From: Oscillospiraceae bacterium
GTDB taxonomy: Bacteria; Bacillota; Clostridia; Oscillospirales; Ruminococcaceae
DNA: 64,000 nt
Direction: 5' to 3'
Assembly: GCA_051891935.1 (NCBI GenBank)
Contig: JBJFFR010000183.1
Span: forward strand, 8,665-72,664
Shown here: piece by piece, positions 34,590 through 43,190 of the stretch
Layout of the letters: each line of letters begins with the position of its first letter
How positions within the stretch are numbered: the stretch's first letter is position 1
Notes under the pieces: model-generated
What the model saw: the letters and a program-made list of their open reading frames with translations, nothing else
Databases searched by the model: none
What the model was told of the DNA's origin: nothing
Translations under genes and position numbers: made by a program

Positions 34590-34893
34590 AAAGCTTTACT
34601 CCCTCATTATCTATACGCGAAGCGAATGTGCAGTCATCGTCAAGGCATTCGTTCCATTCAGTGATACAGTAAATGATAACATCGCAGGGCACGGGGCAGT
34701 CGGTCTTGATAAGAATCTCACTTTCAAGTGCGTTTTCGTTATAGGTGTCGGCAACGACAGCGCATATCTTGAATGAGGTAAGCTCCCCCGATGAATTTTG
34801 CTTGCTCGAAACGAGGAAGATCTGGAACGGATCGCAGATCTTTACGATATCGTCGGACATTTTTCTGATGATCGGATCATTGATATCTTTCAT
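34567..34893 (-). CDS. Minimal nucleotidyltransferase (MNT)-like partner with degenerate catalytic motifs
   Basis: Start MKDINDP. Its size, its position and a 23-nt overlap with the HEPN gene fit a HEPN/MNT pair. However, the GS...DxD region reads FLVSSKQNSSGELTSFKICAVV. Confidence 0.5.
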   Translation of the reverse strand: MKDINDPIIRKMSDDIVKICDPFQIFLVSSKQNSSGELTSFKICAVVADTYNENALESEILIKTDCPVPCDVIIYCITEWNECLDDDCTFASRIDNEGVKLYEQKQQS

Positions 34894-34985
34894 TTTAACA
34901 CCTTCTTTTATTATATTAATAATATTATACAACAATATTAACAATAAGTCAAGTTAATTCAAAATTAATTCTATGAAAAAGAAAC

Positions 34986-35199
34986 AAAATTAATTTAATG
35001 CTTAATTCGTAATGCGTAATGCGTAATTAGCTTCGCTTATCTGTCAGAGGTGCACTGTTTAAAGCTTATTGAAATAAAAACTAAAGGTGCTGTCACGAAA
35101 ATCAAAATCGTGACAGCACCTTTGTTTATCCCACAAATTATATCGTAAATGAACAGCGCAACAAATAATTACGCATTACGCATTACGAATTATGCATTA
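34986..35199 (-). mobile_element. 214-bp heptad-armed element, copy B (reverse orientation relative to copy A)
   Basis: Arms at 34986-35019 and 35167-35199. Central hairpin aaaggtgctgtcacga/tcgtgacagcaccttt (35083-35123). Subterminal blocks gcttcgcttatctgt and cgtaaatgaacagcgcaacaaat match copy A. Confidence 0.8.
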
Positions 35200-36375
35200 T
35201 TGCAGGCTTTCTATCGGCATAACGGGGTCAACATCGGCGTCGTAGTCTATGCCGTCTACATCAAAGCCGAAAAGCTCGGAAAAGTCGTGCTGATAGCCTG
35301 CGATATCTGCGCAGCTGTTGATATTTTCCGTGGAGATCTCATCCCAGAGCTTTGATACCTTTTCCTGGATATCGGGGAGCATTTCAAGATCGTCCATGCG
35401 GATCCTGTTCTCGTCATCGGTCGGAACGGGCTTGCCGCTGTAAAGCTTCTGTGCGAAGAGTCGCTGCATCTGCTCGATACAGCCTTCGTGGTTTCCCGAT
35501 TCCTTCATTACCTTAAAGAGGATAGAGATATAGAGCGGAACTATCGGGATAGCGGAGCTTGACTGTGTAACGAGAGCCTTGTTTACGGAAACATAAGCCT
35601 TCACGCTTGTAACGTTGTTGATCATTCCTGCTGTTGCGGCGAGGTGAGCCTTCGCCCTGCCGATAGAGCCGTCGTAATACATCGGATGTGTAAGCTCGGG
35701 TCCGATATAGGAGTAAGCGATCGTCATTGCGTCATCGGTAAGCACCTGTTCACGCTCCATCTGCTGTATCCAGTCGAACCAGTCTTCGCCGCCCATTACC
35801 TTAACGGTGTTGTCGATCTCTTCTTCTGTCGCAGGGTCAAGAGTGATATCGGAAACGGTCATATTTCGCATATCAATTGTCTTGTTGGTGTAGCTGCTCG
35901 AGGTCGTCTTGAGCACGGAGGAAACTGTTGTACCGTCTGCGAGCGTTCTTCTCGGAGCGGCAAGACTGTAGACAACGAGGTCGACTTTGCCGAGGTCTTT
36001 CTTGATAAGGGCGATAACTTCATCCTTGACAGCCTGTGAGAAAGCATCGCCGTTTATCGTCTTGGCATAAAGCCCCTCTTCGTGAGCAAAATGTTCAAAA
36101 GCGGCGGTGTTGTACCAGCCTGCGGAGCCTGTTTTGCTTTCTGTGCCGGGCTTGTCAAAGATAACGCCGATAGTTGCGGCATGGCAGGAAAATGCAGCGG
36201 AGATCCTTGAAGCAAGTCCGTAGCCCATTGACGAGCCGATAACGAGCACCTTCTTTGCGCCTTCGACGGCAGGCTGCGACTTTACATAGTCGATCTGTGC
36301 CTTTACTGCGGCTTTGCAGCCTTCGGGATGTGCGGTTGTGCATATAAATCCTCTTATTTTAGGTTTTACTATCAT
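35197..36375 (-). CDS. fabV: Trans-2-enoyl-CoA/ACP reductase (FabV/Ter family)
   Basis: MIVKPKIRGFICTTAHPEGC N-terminus. Length 392 aa. The stop TAA is the first TAA of the repeat arm. Confidence 0.9.
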   Translation of the reverse strand: MIVKPKIRGFICTTAHPEGCKAAVKAQIDYVKSQPAVEGAKKVLVIGSSMGYGLASRISAAFSCHAATIGVIFDKPGTESKTGSAGWYNTAAFEHFAHEEGLYAKTINGDAFSQAVKDEVIALIKKDLGKVDLVVYSLAAPRRTLADGTTVSSVLKTTSSSYTNKTIDMRNMTVSDITLDPATEEEIDNTVKVMGGEDWFDWIQQMEREQVLTDDAMTIAYSYIGPELTHPMYYDGSIGRAKAHLAATAGMINNVTSVKAYVSVNKALVTQSSSAIPIVPLYISILFKVMKESGNHEGCIEQMQRLFAQKLYSGKPVPTDDENRIRMDDLEMLPDIQEKVSKLWDEISTENINSCADIAGYQHDFSELFGFDVDGIDYDADVDPVMPIESLQ

Positions 36376-36406
36376 AAAAGTTCTCCTTTACGGTCAGATT
36401 ATAAAA

Positions 36407-36618
36407 GGGGTTCTCTAAAAACCGAGACTAAGCAATACTTCGTATTGCTCGCAAATTTTCGTCAGTGACTTTGCACAGCTTCAAGGCAACAAACCGCAGT
36501 AAATACTAAAGAAACGCTGATAGATCAGCTTATTCTTGATGTATTGCAAGGTTTGTTAACGCAGAAGATGGGCAAAGTCATAGAAAATTTGCCGAGAAGG
36601 AGGTTTTTAGAGGTTCCC
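36407..36618 (-). repeat. Structured palindromic repeat, copy 2
   Basis: The reverse complement aligns end to end with 3495-3698 and 48841-49062. It lies 31 nt upstream of the fabV start. Confidence 0.85.
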
Positions 36619-36846
36619 AAAATATAATTATATTGTAGCATTTTTTTACATCAAAATCAAGGCTGTTTTTGTATTTTCGTCGGATAAAGGCTTTATTTTT
36701 TGAAAAAATTGACCCGGTTCGAATTTTATTGTAATTTGTTGTGAATTTACACAAAAAACACTTGAAAATATGCTTTGAATATGGTATAATATTGTAAATT
36801 ATGTTTGAAGACGGCGAAAGCTGATATTTATAAAAGGAGACCGCTT

Positions 36847-38706
36847 ATGATTTTACAGGATTTTTATGACGGCAGAGCTTTTGATGCTTATACATATTTC
36901 GGCGCACACGTTGAAGAGGGGGGAGTAATGTTCCGCACCTATGCGCCCAACGCACGAGCTATCGAGGTGATCGGCGAGTTCAACGGGTGGTACGGTCAGT
37001 ATATGAACAAAGAGGGCACGGGCGGCGTATTTTCGCTGTTTGTTTCCAATGCGCATACAGGGCAGATGTACAAATACCGTATTCACGGCGCAGGCGGAGA
37101 AACGGTCGACAAGTGTGATCCCTTCGGCTTTGCGATGGAGCTTCGCCCGAACTCCGCTTCCTATATCACCGATCTGAAAAGCTTCAAATTCAGCGATGAA
37201 AACTGGCTTGCTTCGAGGGGCGATACCTACAACAAGCCGATAAACATCTACGAGATACATTTGGGTTCATGGAAGATGAAGCTGACCGATGCGGAGGGTA
37301 TCGGAGAGAACTTTGACAGCAGCATACCTGTAGAGAAGCGCTGGTACAACTACCGTGAGCTTGCGCCGATGCTTATCAAGTATCTTAAAGAGAATAATTA
37401 TACCCATGTTGAAGTGATGCCGCTTTCCGAGCATCCTGCCGATATATCGTGGGGATATCAGGTAACGGGCTTTTTTGCGCCGACTTCACGCTACGGCACT
37501 CCCGATGACCTTAAATATTTCATAAATGAATGTCATAATGCAGGTATCGGCGTTATAACCGATTTTGTGCCCGTTCACATGGCAACGGACTGGTATGCGC
37601 TTTCAAAGTATGACGGAACTGCGCTTTATGAATATCCGAACACGGGTGCAGGCGCAAGCGAATGGGGAACCTATAATTTCAACTACTTCCGAGGTGAGTC
37701 GAGAAGCTTTATGCAGTCTGCGGCAAACTACTGGCTTGAGGAGTTCCACTTTGACGGAATAAGAATGGACGCTATCAGCAACATTATCTACTGGCAGGGT
37801 GACGCAAACCGAGGCGTGAACAACGGCGCAGTACAGTTCATCCGCAGCATGAACAGCGGTCTGCATCATCTTCATCCGACAGCGCTGCTCATGGCGGAGG
37901 ATTCGACCAACTACCTTAAAGTTACGGCGCCCTGCGAATATGACGGGCTCGGTTTCGACTACAAGTGGGATATGGGTTGGATGAACGACACGCTCGATTT
38001 CTTCCGCACGCCGCCGTCCGAACGTCCGAAGCATTATCACAAGATAACCTTCTCGATGCAGTATTTCTACAACGAGCTTTATATCCTGCCCTTCTCGCAC
38101 GATGAAAATGTTCACGGCAAGGCTACGATCGTTCAGAAGATGTGGGGAAACTACGATAACAAGTTTCCGCAGGCAAGGGCGCTTTATGCTTATATGTACA
38201 CACATCCCGGAAAGAAGCTCAACTTTATGGGCGGAGAGTTCGGACAGTTCAGGGAATGGTCGGAGGAACGCCAGCAGGACTGGTTCATGAAGAGTTATCC
38301 GCTGCATGATTCGCTTGCACGGTTTATTTCCGATCTTTCAAGGCTTTATGCGGAAAATCCTGCGCTCCACAACGGCGAATACAACAGCGGCTGTTTCAAA
38401 TGGCTCGAAGCGGACGCCTGCGAGGACTGTGTATATGTTTACAAGCGCATGGCTGCGAACAGGGCGGTGCTTGTTGTGCTCAATCTTTCGGATAAGAAAT
38501 ATGAGAATTACACGATAGGCGTTGACGAAAAGGCTTGCTTCCGTGAGATACTTTACAGCGACAGCGACATTTACAGCGGAAGCACACCAACGGTCAAAAA
38601 GCCGTCCATAATCTCGGAGGAAAAGCCCTACAAGCAGCACAAATTCTCGTTCAAGGACGAATTTGCGCCGTTTTCGGCAAAGATCTACGAGATCGAAGAT
38701 AATTAA
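36847..38706 (+). CDS. glgB: 1,4-alpha-glucan branching enzyme
   Basis: Start MILQDFYDG after RBS aaaggag. GH13 motifs HFDGIRMDA, LLMAEDST and FSHDENVHGK. Confidence 0.9.
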   Translation: MILQDFYDGRAFDAYTYFGAHVEEGGVMFRTYAPNARAIEVIGEFNGWYGQYMNKEGTGGVFSLFVSNAHTGQMYKYRIHGAGGETVDKCDPFGFAMELRPNSASYITDLKSFKFSDENWLASRGDTYNKPINIYEIHLGSWKMKLTDAEGIGENFDSSIPVEKRWYNYRELAPMLIKYLKENNYTHVEVMPLSEHPADISWGYQVTGFFAPTSRYGTPDDLKYFINECHNAGIGVITDFVPVHMATDWYALSKYDGTALYEYPNTGAGASEWGTYNFNYFRGESRSFMQSAANYWLEEFHFDGIRMDAISNIIYWQGDANRGVNNGAVQFIRSMNSGLHHLHPTALLMAEDSTNYLKVTAPCEYDGLGFDYKWDMGWMNDTLDFFRTPPSERPKHYHKITFSMQYFYNELYILPFSHDENVHGKATIVQKMWGNYDNKFPQARALYAYMYTHPGKKLNFMGGEFGQFREWSEERQQDWFMKSYPLHDSLARFISDLSRLYAENPALHNGEYNSGCFKWLEADACEDCVYVYKRMAANRAVLVVLNLSDKKYENYTIGVDEKACFREILYSDSDIYSGSTPTVKKPSIISEEKPYKQHKFSFKDEFAPFSAKIYEIEDN

Positions 38707-38762
38707 ATTAAAATAGGGGTAAAGGTGAGATTACATTCAGTATTCCTTGCCGGTTTTATATA

Positions 38763-38865
38763 TGTGGAAAACATGGGGTACGATTTTACGCACTTTTACA
38801 CACTTTCCACCCAGTTTTCCACCGTATATAAACAGTTTTCACTATTTTCCACCGAGTTTTCCACA
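38763..38865. promoter_or_regulatory. Cluster of DnaA-box-like 9-mers
   Basis: TGTGGAAAA (38763), TTTTACACA (38794), TTTCCAC (38804), TTTTCCACC (38815, 38845) and TTTTCCACA (38857), compared with the consensus TTATCCACA / TTWTNCACA. Confidence 0.45.
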
Positions 38866-38959
38866 TAAAAGTGAGGAAAACTTTAATACTGCTTGTATAT
38901 TGACCTTAACAAACGTCAAAAATACCTTTGAAAATTCAACTTGAACGGAGCTTAAAGCT

Positions 38960-39229
38960 ATGATAAAAGGTGTAAACAGACGTATTGTTGAGATAAGCGG
39001 AATGAAGAACGATTATTTTGAAAAGGCTGTGCTTTATATCCGACCCGAAAAAAGCGCGGAACCGCTCGGCAGGCTGGAGCTTGAAGCGAGAAGCACGGTC
39101 GCAATGCTTTCGCCGAAAGAGGAAAAGCCTCCGAAGGCACATATCATAGCCGATCTTACGCTGCGTTTGCTGGCAGTGTCGCTGGGTTTGTTTTCGATAG
39201 CGTTGACGGTATATCTTTTTAATGCGTAA
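38960..39229 (+). CDS. Hypothetical small protein with C-terminal TM
   Basis: 89 aa, MIKGVNRRIVEISGMKNDYFEKAVLYIRPEK...LTLRLLAVSLGLFSIALTVYLF. The stop codon lies inside the heptad arm at 39220. Confidence 0.5.
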   Translation: MIKGVNRRIVEISGMKNDYFEKAVLYIRPEKSAEPLGRLELEARSTVAMLSPKEEKPPKAHIIADLTLRLLAVSLGLFSIALTVYLFNA

Positions 39230-39313
39230 TTCGTAATGCGTAATTATTTGTTGCGCTGTTAATTTATGATATTTTTTTCCCGAAAAGACTAATTGTTTTT
39301 TCGGGATTTTTTG
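39220..39313 (+). repeat. Half heptad element (left arm and subterminal block) plus terminator
   Basis: TAATGCG TAATTCG TAATGCG TAATTA, then atttgttgcgctgtt (as in copies A and B), then hairpin cccgaaaa/ttttcggg and a T-run. No right arm. Confidence 0.75.
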
Positions 39314-39423
39314 TTGCAATTTATGATGAAATATGCTATAATATTAAAGATAATATTATAATCGGGCAAACTATGCAATTTTACATTTATTTTTATATAT
39401 TTTACCGATATCAAGGAGAAATT

Positions 39424-40338
39424 ATGGCTTATAATAACAATAAAGGAGCGGCGCCAAATAAGCGCGGCTCGGATAACAGAGGTTTTCGGAACGACCGCAG
39501 CTCACGTTCAGGGGGCAGAAACGGCGGCTATCGTGAAAGACGTTCTTCGGAGGACGAGCAGTTCAGAGGCGAGCGTGAAGAAAGCGTCGGACGTGATGAT
39601 GACAACGGCGGTCTTATAATAGGAAGAAATCCCGTTATCGAGGCTCTGAAGTCGGGCAGGCAGATCGATACCGTTTATGTTGACAGCGACAGCGGCGGAA
39701 GCATCGGTCTTATCTGCAAAATGGCAAAGGAGAGAGATATCGTTGTCAAGCAGGTAAGTCCGCAGAAGCTTGATTCAATGTCGGATGGGAAATCTCACCA
39801 GGGCGTTATCGCTTCGGGAGCTTGTGCCGAATATTCGAGCGTTGAGGAGATACTTGAAAGGGCAAAGAGCAAGGGCACCGATCCGTTCATCATAATCTGT
39901 GATGAGATCGAGGATCCGCACAATCTCGGTGCGATAATCCGTACAGCCGAGGCTGCGGGAGCAGACGGCATCATTATCCCGAAGAGAAGGAGCGCTTCGC
40001 TCAATCAGACGGTCTACAAGACCTCGGCAGGTGCGGCAAGCTATGTTCCCGTTGCAAGGGTGTCAAATCTTGCTGCGGCGATGGATGAGCTTAAAGAAAA
40101 CGGAGTATGGATATACGGCACGGACGCTTCGGGCGAGGATTACACAAAGGTAGATACGAGCGGTCCATGCGCTATCGTTATAGGCTCGGAGGGCTTCGGA
40201 ATGGGAAGGCTCACGAGGGAAAAATGTGATTTTCTGTTAAAGCTTCCGATGTTCGGGCAGGTCAATTCGCTCAACGCTTCGGTCGCTGCAGGAATTTTTA
40301 TGTATGAAACGGTCCGCAGAAGAGGACTTAAAAAATAA
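39424..40338 (+). CDS. rlmB: 23S rRNA (guanosine-2'-O)-methyltransferase RlmB-like (SpoU/TrmH family) with Arg/Gly-rich N-terminal extension
   Basis: SpoU motifs (EDPHNLGAIIRTA, VIGSEGFGM, LNASVAAGI) preceded by about 60 aa rich in R/G/S/N. Confidence 0.85.
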   Translation: MAYNNNKGAAPNKRGSDNRGFRNDRSSRSGGRNGGYRERRSSEDEQFRGEREESVGRDDDNGGLIIGRNPVIEALKSGRQIDTVYVDSDSGGSIGLICKMAKERDIVVKQVSPQKLDSMSDGKSHQGVIASGACAEYSSVEEILERAKSKGTDPFIIICDEIEDPHNLGAIIRTAEAAGADGIIIPKRRSASLNQTVYKTSAGAASYVPVARVSNLAAAMDELKENGVWIYGTDASGEDYTKVDTSGPCAIVIGSEGFGMGRLTREKCDFLLKLPMFGQVNSLNASVAAGIFMYETVRRRGLKK

Positions 40339-40359
40339 CCGGTTTGGGGGTGAAGAATT

Positions 40360-43101
40360 TTGTCAGACAAGCTTTACTCGGTTGATGATATCATAAACGA
40401 ATACTCGGGCAAAAGCAGCACAAGCGGCGGAAAAAAGGAAAGCGTTGACGAGCTGCTTGAAAATCTTGGAAAAAGTGAACCAACCGAAAAGGTAACGATG
40501 CACAACACCGATATTTTCGGCAAGATCAGCGAAGAAATAGCCAATGATACCAAAGCATCCGAAAAAACGGAGAAAAAGGAAAAGCCGGACGGAGCTTTTG
40601 AGGAAAAATACGGAAGACTTTCCGAAAAAATGAGCGAGGTCGCAAAGCGTGAGAGCGAAACTCCCGAAAAGATCGTTAAGGGACAGGGCAGAGAACGCTC
40701 CTTCTCGGAGAAGATCGAAAGCGGTTTTGAGGAGGATAAAAAGGACGAGAGATCCGATTCGCTTGCGCAGCGTTTTCGGAACAAAAAGAAGCAGGAGGAA
40801 GAGGAAGCGGTTGAAGAAGCGCCTAAGCCTGTGCCAACCGTTCAAAGACCCGTGCGGCCCGACCCTTATGATAAATATGCCGCTATCGCAGAGGACAATG
40901 GCGAAGCGGAGAAAGCAGCGGACGGAACTTCTTCCGAAACGATCAAAAAGGGAAAGAGCCTTGATGAGATACTTGACGAATACTCAAAAGATCGTCCTTC
41001 ACAGAGAGCGAAAAAAGAATTCACGCAGCACCGCAGCATAACCGAATTCTTCACGAGAAGGATACCGACTGATGATGCAGGCGGTGAGCTTTCCGATGAG
41101 ATGCGCCGTCTTCGCAAGGAAAGAATGTCGAGGACGCAGAGTGTTTCTCCGGTTGAAAGAAAGTCAATATCGGATATCGACCTAAAGCTTGATGACAAGA
41201 TACTCCCCGACACATCACAGTTTAAGATAGATCCCGAAGCTGCAAAGCTTGATGAGCTTAAAGAGCGTCGTAACAAGAAGATAAAGGATTTCGTACTTGT
41301 CGGCGATGAAGAGGATGAGCCCGACGAGGATAACGATGAAAAGGCTATCGAGGATTATGAGGAATACGATGATGCGGCGGCTATTGTCAGCGACATCGAC
41401 CGCATAAGGGGAACGCTGATGCTGCGGCTTGTTGTCGTAGCGGTCTGTCTTGCGGTGAGCGCATATATCTCGCTTGCAAACGATCTCGGCGGACTTCCGA
41501 TGTTTGATCTGCTCAACAAGAGGACGCAGACGAACACATATCTATTTGTTAATGCGATAATCGGCATACTTGCGCTGTTTTCGGCTTATCCCGTTGTAAG
41601 CTGCGGCTTGTCAAAGCTTTTTGCGATGAAAGCGGACTGCGACAGTTTAAGTGCCGTTGCGATGGTAACGGGAATTGCGAACTGCGTTATAATGTTTGCA
41701 AACAGCAATCTCATAAAGGGCAGCATCGTTCATATCTATCTTACGACTGCGATACTTTCGCTGCTTTTCAACACGTTGGGAAAGCTGCTGATAGTGACAA
41801 GGACGAGGCGAAGTTTCGGCTTTGTTTCGGGTACAAGCGACAAATACGCTGTGCTTAAGGTCGAGGATGAAGAAACGGCGCAGAACTTCACAAGGGGAAC
41901 GCTGCGTGACTTCCCGAGCCTTGTTTCGATGAAGAAAACGGAGATGCTCCGTGACTTTTTGAAGATTTCGTATGCCCCCGACAGCACGGACAGCTTCTGC
42001 CGTGTATTTACGCCGATCGTTCTTGCGGCAGGCATTATTGTCGGAGTGCTTGCAGGCTTTGTTGCGAAGGGCGAATACGGCTCGGCAGGCGCTTATGTCG
42101 GTTTCTCGGTATTCACGGGCTGCGTTGCGATATGCTCGGCAGTTTCGCTGATGCTTGTGGTAAATCTTCCTATGGAGCGTTCTTCAAAGAAAAATGCGGA
42201 GCTCCAGGGTGCACTGCTCGGATATGATGCGGTAGAGGAGCTTGCGGACACGAACAGCGTTCTCATTGATGCGGCACAGCTTTTTCCGCAGGGAAGCGTT
42301 ACACTTTCTGCGATAAAGGTTTTTTCCGACACGAGAATTGACGAAGCGATCGTTGAGGCGGCAAGCCTTACAAATCAGTCGGGAAGCATACTCAGGAATA
42401 TGTTCTATGATATAATTGCAGGAAAAACGGAGCTTCTTAACCCGGTTGAAAGCTATATTTTCGAGGATTCAATGGGACTTTGCGGCTGGATAAACAACAA
42501 GCGTGTGCTTCTCGGCAGCCGTGAGCTTATGATAAATCACAGTATTGAGGAAGTTCCCTCTGCGGCGAAGGAGCAGGAATACACAAAGGGCGGAAAATCG
42601 GCTGTGTATCTTTCCATTTCGGGTGAGCTTTCGGCGATGTTCGTTGTTGAGATAAGCCCGTCGCTCGAGGTCAAGAGAGCACTGACGGAGCTTTCAAAGC
42701 AGGGCGTTTACACGGTGATAAAGACGGTCGATTCGCTTATTTCGATAAATATGATCTCGGAGCTTTACGGTGTTTCGTCCGAATATTTCAAGCTGCTCCC
42801 GTTCAGACTTTATGAGAAGTACGAAGAAACGGTTTCATACGAACCGAAGATAAGGGCGTCGGCGGCTTGCTCGGGAAAATTCGCTGCACTTTCGTCTATG
42901 ATATGCACTTGCAAGAATCTCCGCGGAACTATCACGACGGGCATTGCGCTCGAGGCGGTTTCAATACTTCTCGGAATAATGATATGCTTTGCAATGGTGC
43001 TGCTGAAATGCTTTGGGGAGCTTTCGGCGACTATGACCTGTGCATATAATCTTTGCTTTGCGGCGGTATTTGTTATTTTCCAGACATTTCGAAAAGTTTG
43101 A
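40360..43101 (+). CDS. P1B-type ATPase homologue with degenerate catalytic motifs and about 345-aa disordered N-terminal region
   Basis: TTG start after RBS gggggtg. The TM and P/N-domain layout resembles heavy-metal P-type ATPases, but DKTGT reads DAAQL, TGDN reads TVDS, GDGIND reads AACSGK and CPC reads ICS. Confidence 0.6.
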   Translation: MSDKLYSVDDIINEYSGKSSTSGGKKESVDELLENLGKSEPTEKVTMHNTDIFGKISEEIANDTKASEKTEKKEKPDGAFEEKYGRLSEKMSEVAKRESETPEKIVKGQGRERSFSEKIESGFEEDKKDERSDSLAQRFRNKKKQEEEEAVEEAPKPVPTVQRPVRPDPYDKYAAIAEDNGEAEKAADGTSSETIKKGKSLDEILDEYSKDRPSQRAKKEFTQHRSITEFFTRRIPTDDAGGELSDEMRRLRKERMSRTQSVSPVERKSISDIDLKLDDKILPDTSQFKIDPEAAKLDELKERRNKKIKDFVLVGDEEDEPDEDNDEKAIEDYEEYDDAAAIVSDIDRIRGTLMLRLVVVAVCLAVSAYISLANDLGGLPMFDLLNKRTQTNTYLFVNAIIGILALFSAYPVVSCGLSKLFAMKADCDSLSAVAMVTGIANCVIMFANSNLIKGSIVHIYLTTAILSLLFNTLGKLLIVTRTRRSFGFVSGTSDKYAVLKVEDEETAQNFTRGTLRDFPSLVSMKKTEMLRDFLKISYAPDSTDSFCRVFTPIVLAAGIIVGVLAGFVAKGEYGSAGAYVGFSVFTGCVAICSAVSLMLVVNLPMERSSKKNAELQGALLGYDAVEELADTNSVLIDAAQLFPQGSVTLSAIKVFSDTRIDEAIVEAASLTNQSGSILRNMFYDIIAGKTELLNPVESYIFEDSMGLCGWINNKRVLLGSRELMINHSIEEVPSAAKEQEYTKGGKSAVYLSISGELSAMFVVEISPSLEVKRALTELSKQGVYTVIKTVDSLISINMISELYGVSSEYFKLLPFRLYEKYEETVSYEPKIRASAACSGKFAALSSMICTCKNLRGTITTGIALEAVSILLGIMICFAMVLLKCFGELSATMTCAYNLCFAAVFVIFQTFRKV

Positions 43102-43190
43102 ACAAAATCATAAAAAAGTATTTACATTTTTGCCGTAATACGGTATAATATATATGGTTTCAATTTATATAACAAAAAGGGTGGTCGCAA

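Noticed and set aside
38763-38865. Replication origin (oriC)
   Set aside because: The DnaA-box-like sites are present, but there is no dnaA/dnaN or gidA-type neighbourhood and no obvious AT-rich unwinding element with 13-mers. I treat it as a box cluster or regulatory region instead.
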